Assembly: GCA_965541585.1 (NCBI GenBank)
Contig: CBEUCH010000008.1
Span: 64,001-128,000 of the forward strand
Length of the DNA: 64,000 nucleotides
Direction of reading: 5' to 3'
Source of the DNA: an uncultured bacterium
Lineage (GTDB): Bacteria; Zixibacteria; MSB-5A5; UBA10806
Shown in pieces: positions 63,857 to 64,000 of the stretch (position 1 is its first letter; every line of letters begins with the position of its first letter). The notes below the pieces were generated by a model, which did no database searches, was not told the origin of the DNA, and was given only the letters and a program-made list of their open reading frames with translations. The position numbers were made by a program, and so were the translations under genes.

Positions 63857-64000
63857 ATGGCCCGGGAAACCGATAAACGGTCGAATATGAACAATATAGC
63901 AAGAGTGGCCGTATTCGCAGCCCTGGCCTTCGGGGTCAACGCCCCGTTTCTGGCGATACCGAACGTGGAAACGTTCAGCCTGGTCCTTTTTCTCTCAGGC
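63857..64000 (+). CDS. Probable ECF transporter S-component (3'-truncated)
   Basis: MARETDKRSNMNNIARVAVFAALAFGVNAPFLAIPNVETFSLVLFLSG: AxxxA helix and IPNV motif; runs off the window. Confidence 0.6.
   Translation, partial: MARETDKRSNMNNIARVAVFAALAFGVNAPFLAIPNVETFSLVLFLSG

Noticed and set aside
1..64000. CRISPR array, tRNA/rRNA, transposase or reverse transcriptase (DGR/retron)
   Set aside because: No regularly spaced repeats, cloverleaf/rRNA signatures, DDE/HUH transposase or YxDD RT motifs were seen by eye.

Overview
This is a 64-kb bacterial chromosomal window. The repeated secreted proteins with FlgD/'T9SS-A'-like tails, dockerin and cohesin domains suggest an FCB-superphylum organism, possibly Zixibacteria-like (inference). 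Most of it is ordinary host DNA: an envelope/metabolism operon (0-8.3 kb), an MrfA/YprA-type repair helicase, blocks of secreted modular proteins and peptidases (11.6-16.1 and 32-47 kb), a type IV pilus cluster (47-53 kb) and a housekeeping operon (53-64 kb). The stand-out is a ~15.7-kb cluster at 16.3-32.0 kb, all on the + strand. It encodes an apparently intact phage-type DNA-packaging head: portal, small and large terminase, prohead protease, decoration protein, HK97-like capsid and a connector-like protein. It is led by a Cys-rich peptide and a Ski2/Hel308-like helicase fused to a winged-helix domain. I see no integrase, repressor, replication module, tail tube/sheath, tape measure or endolysin. 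Its leading promoter carries a near-copy of the LexA-type box (TGCAC-N4-GTGCA) found in front of the host repair helicase. Its two structural operons share a 14-bp upstream motif, and a structured minus-strand RNA candidate lies between them. My best interpretation is a domesticated, SOS-controlled, tail-less capsid system, like a gene transfer agent. All family assignments are from motifs read by eye; no searches were run.
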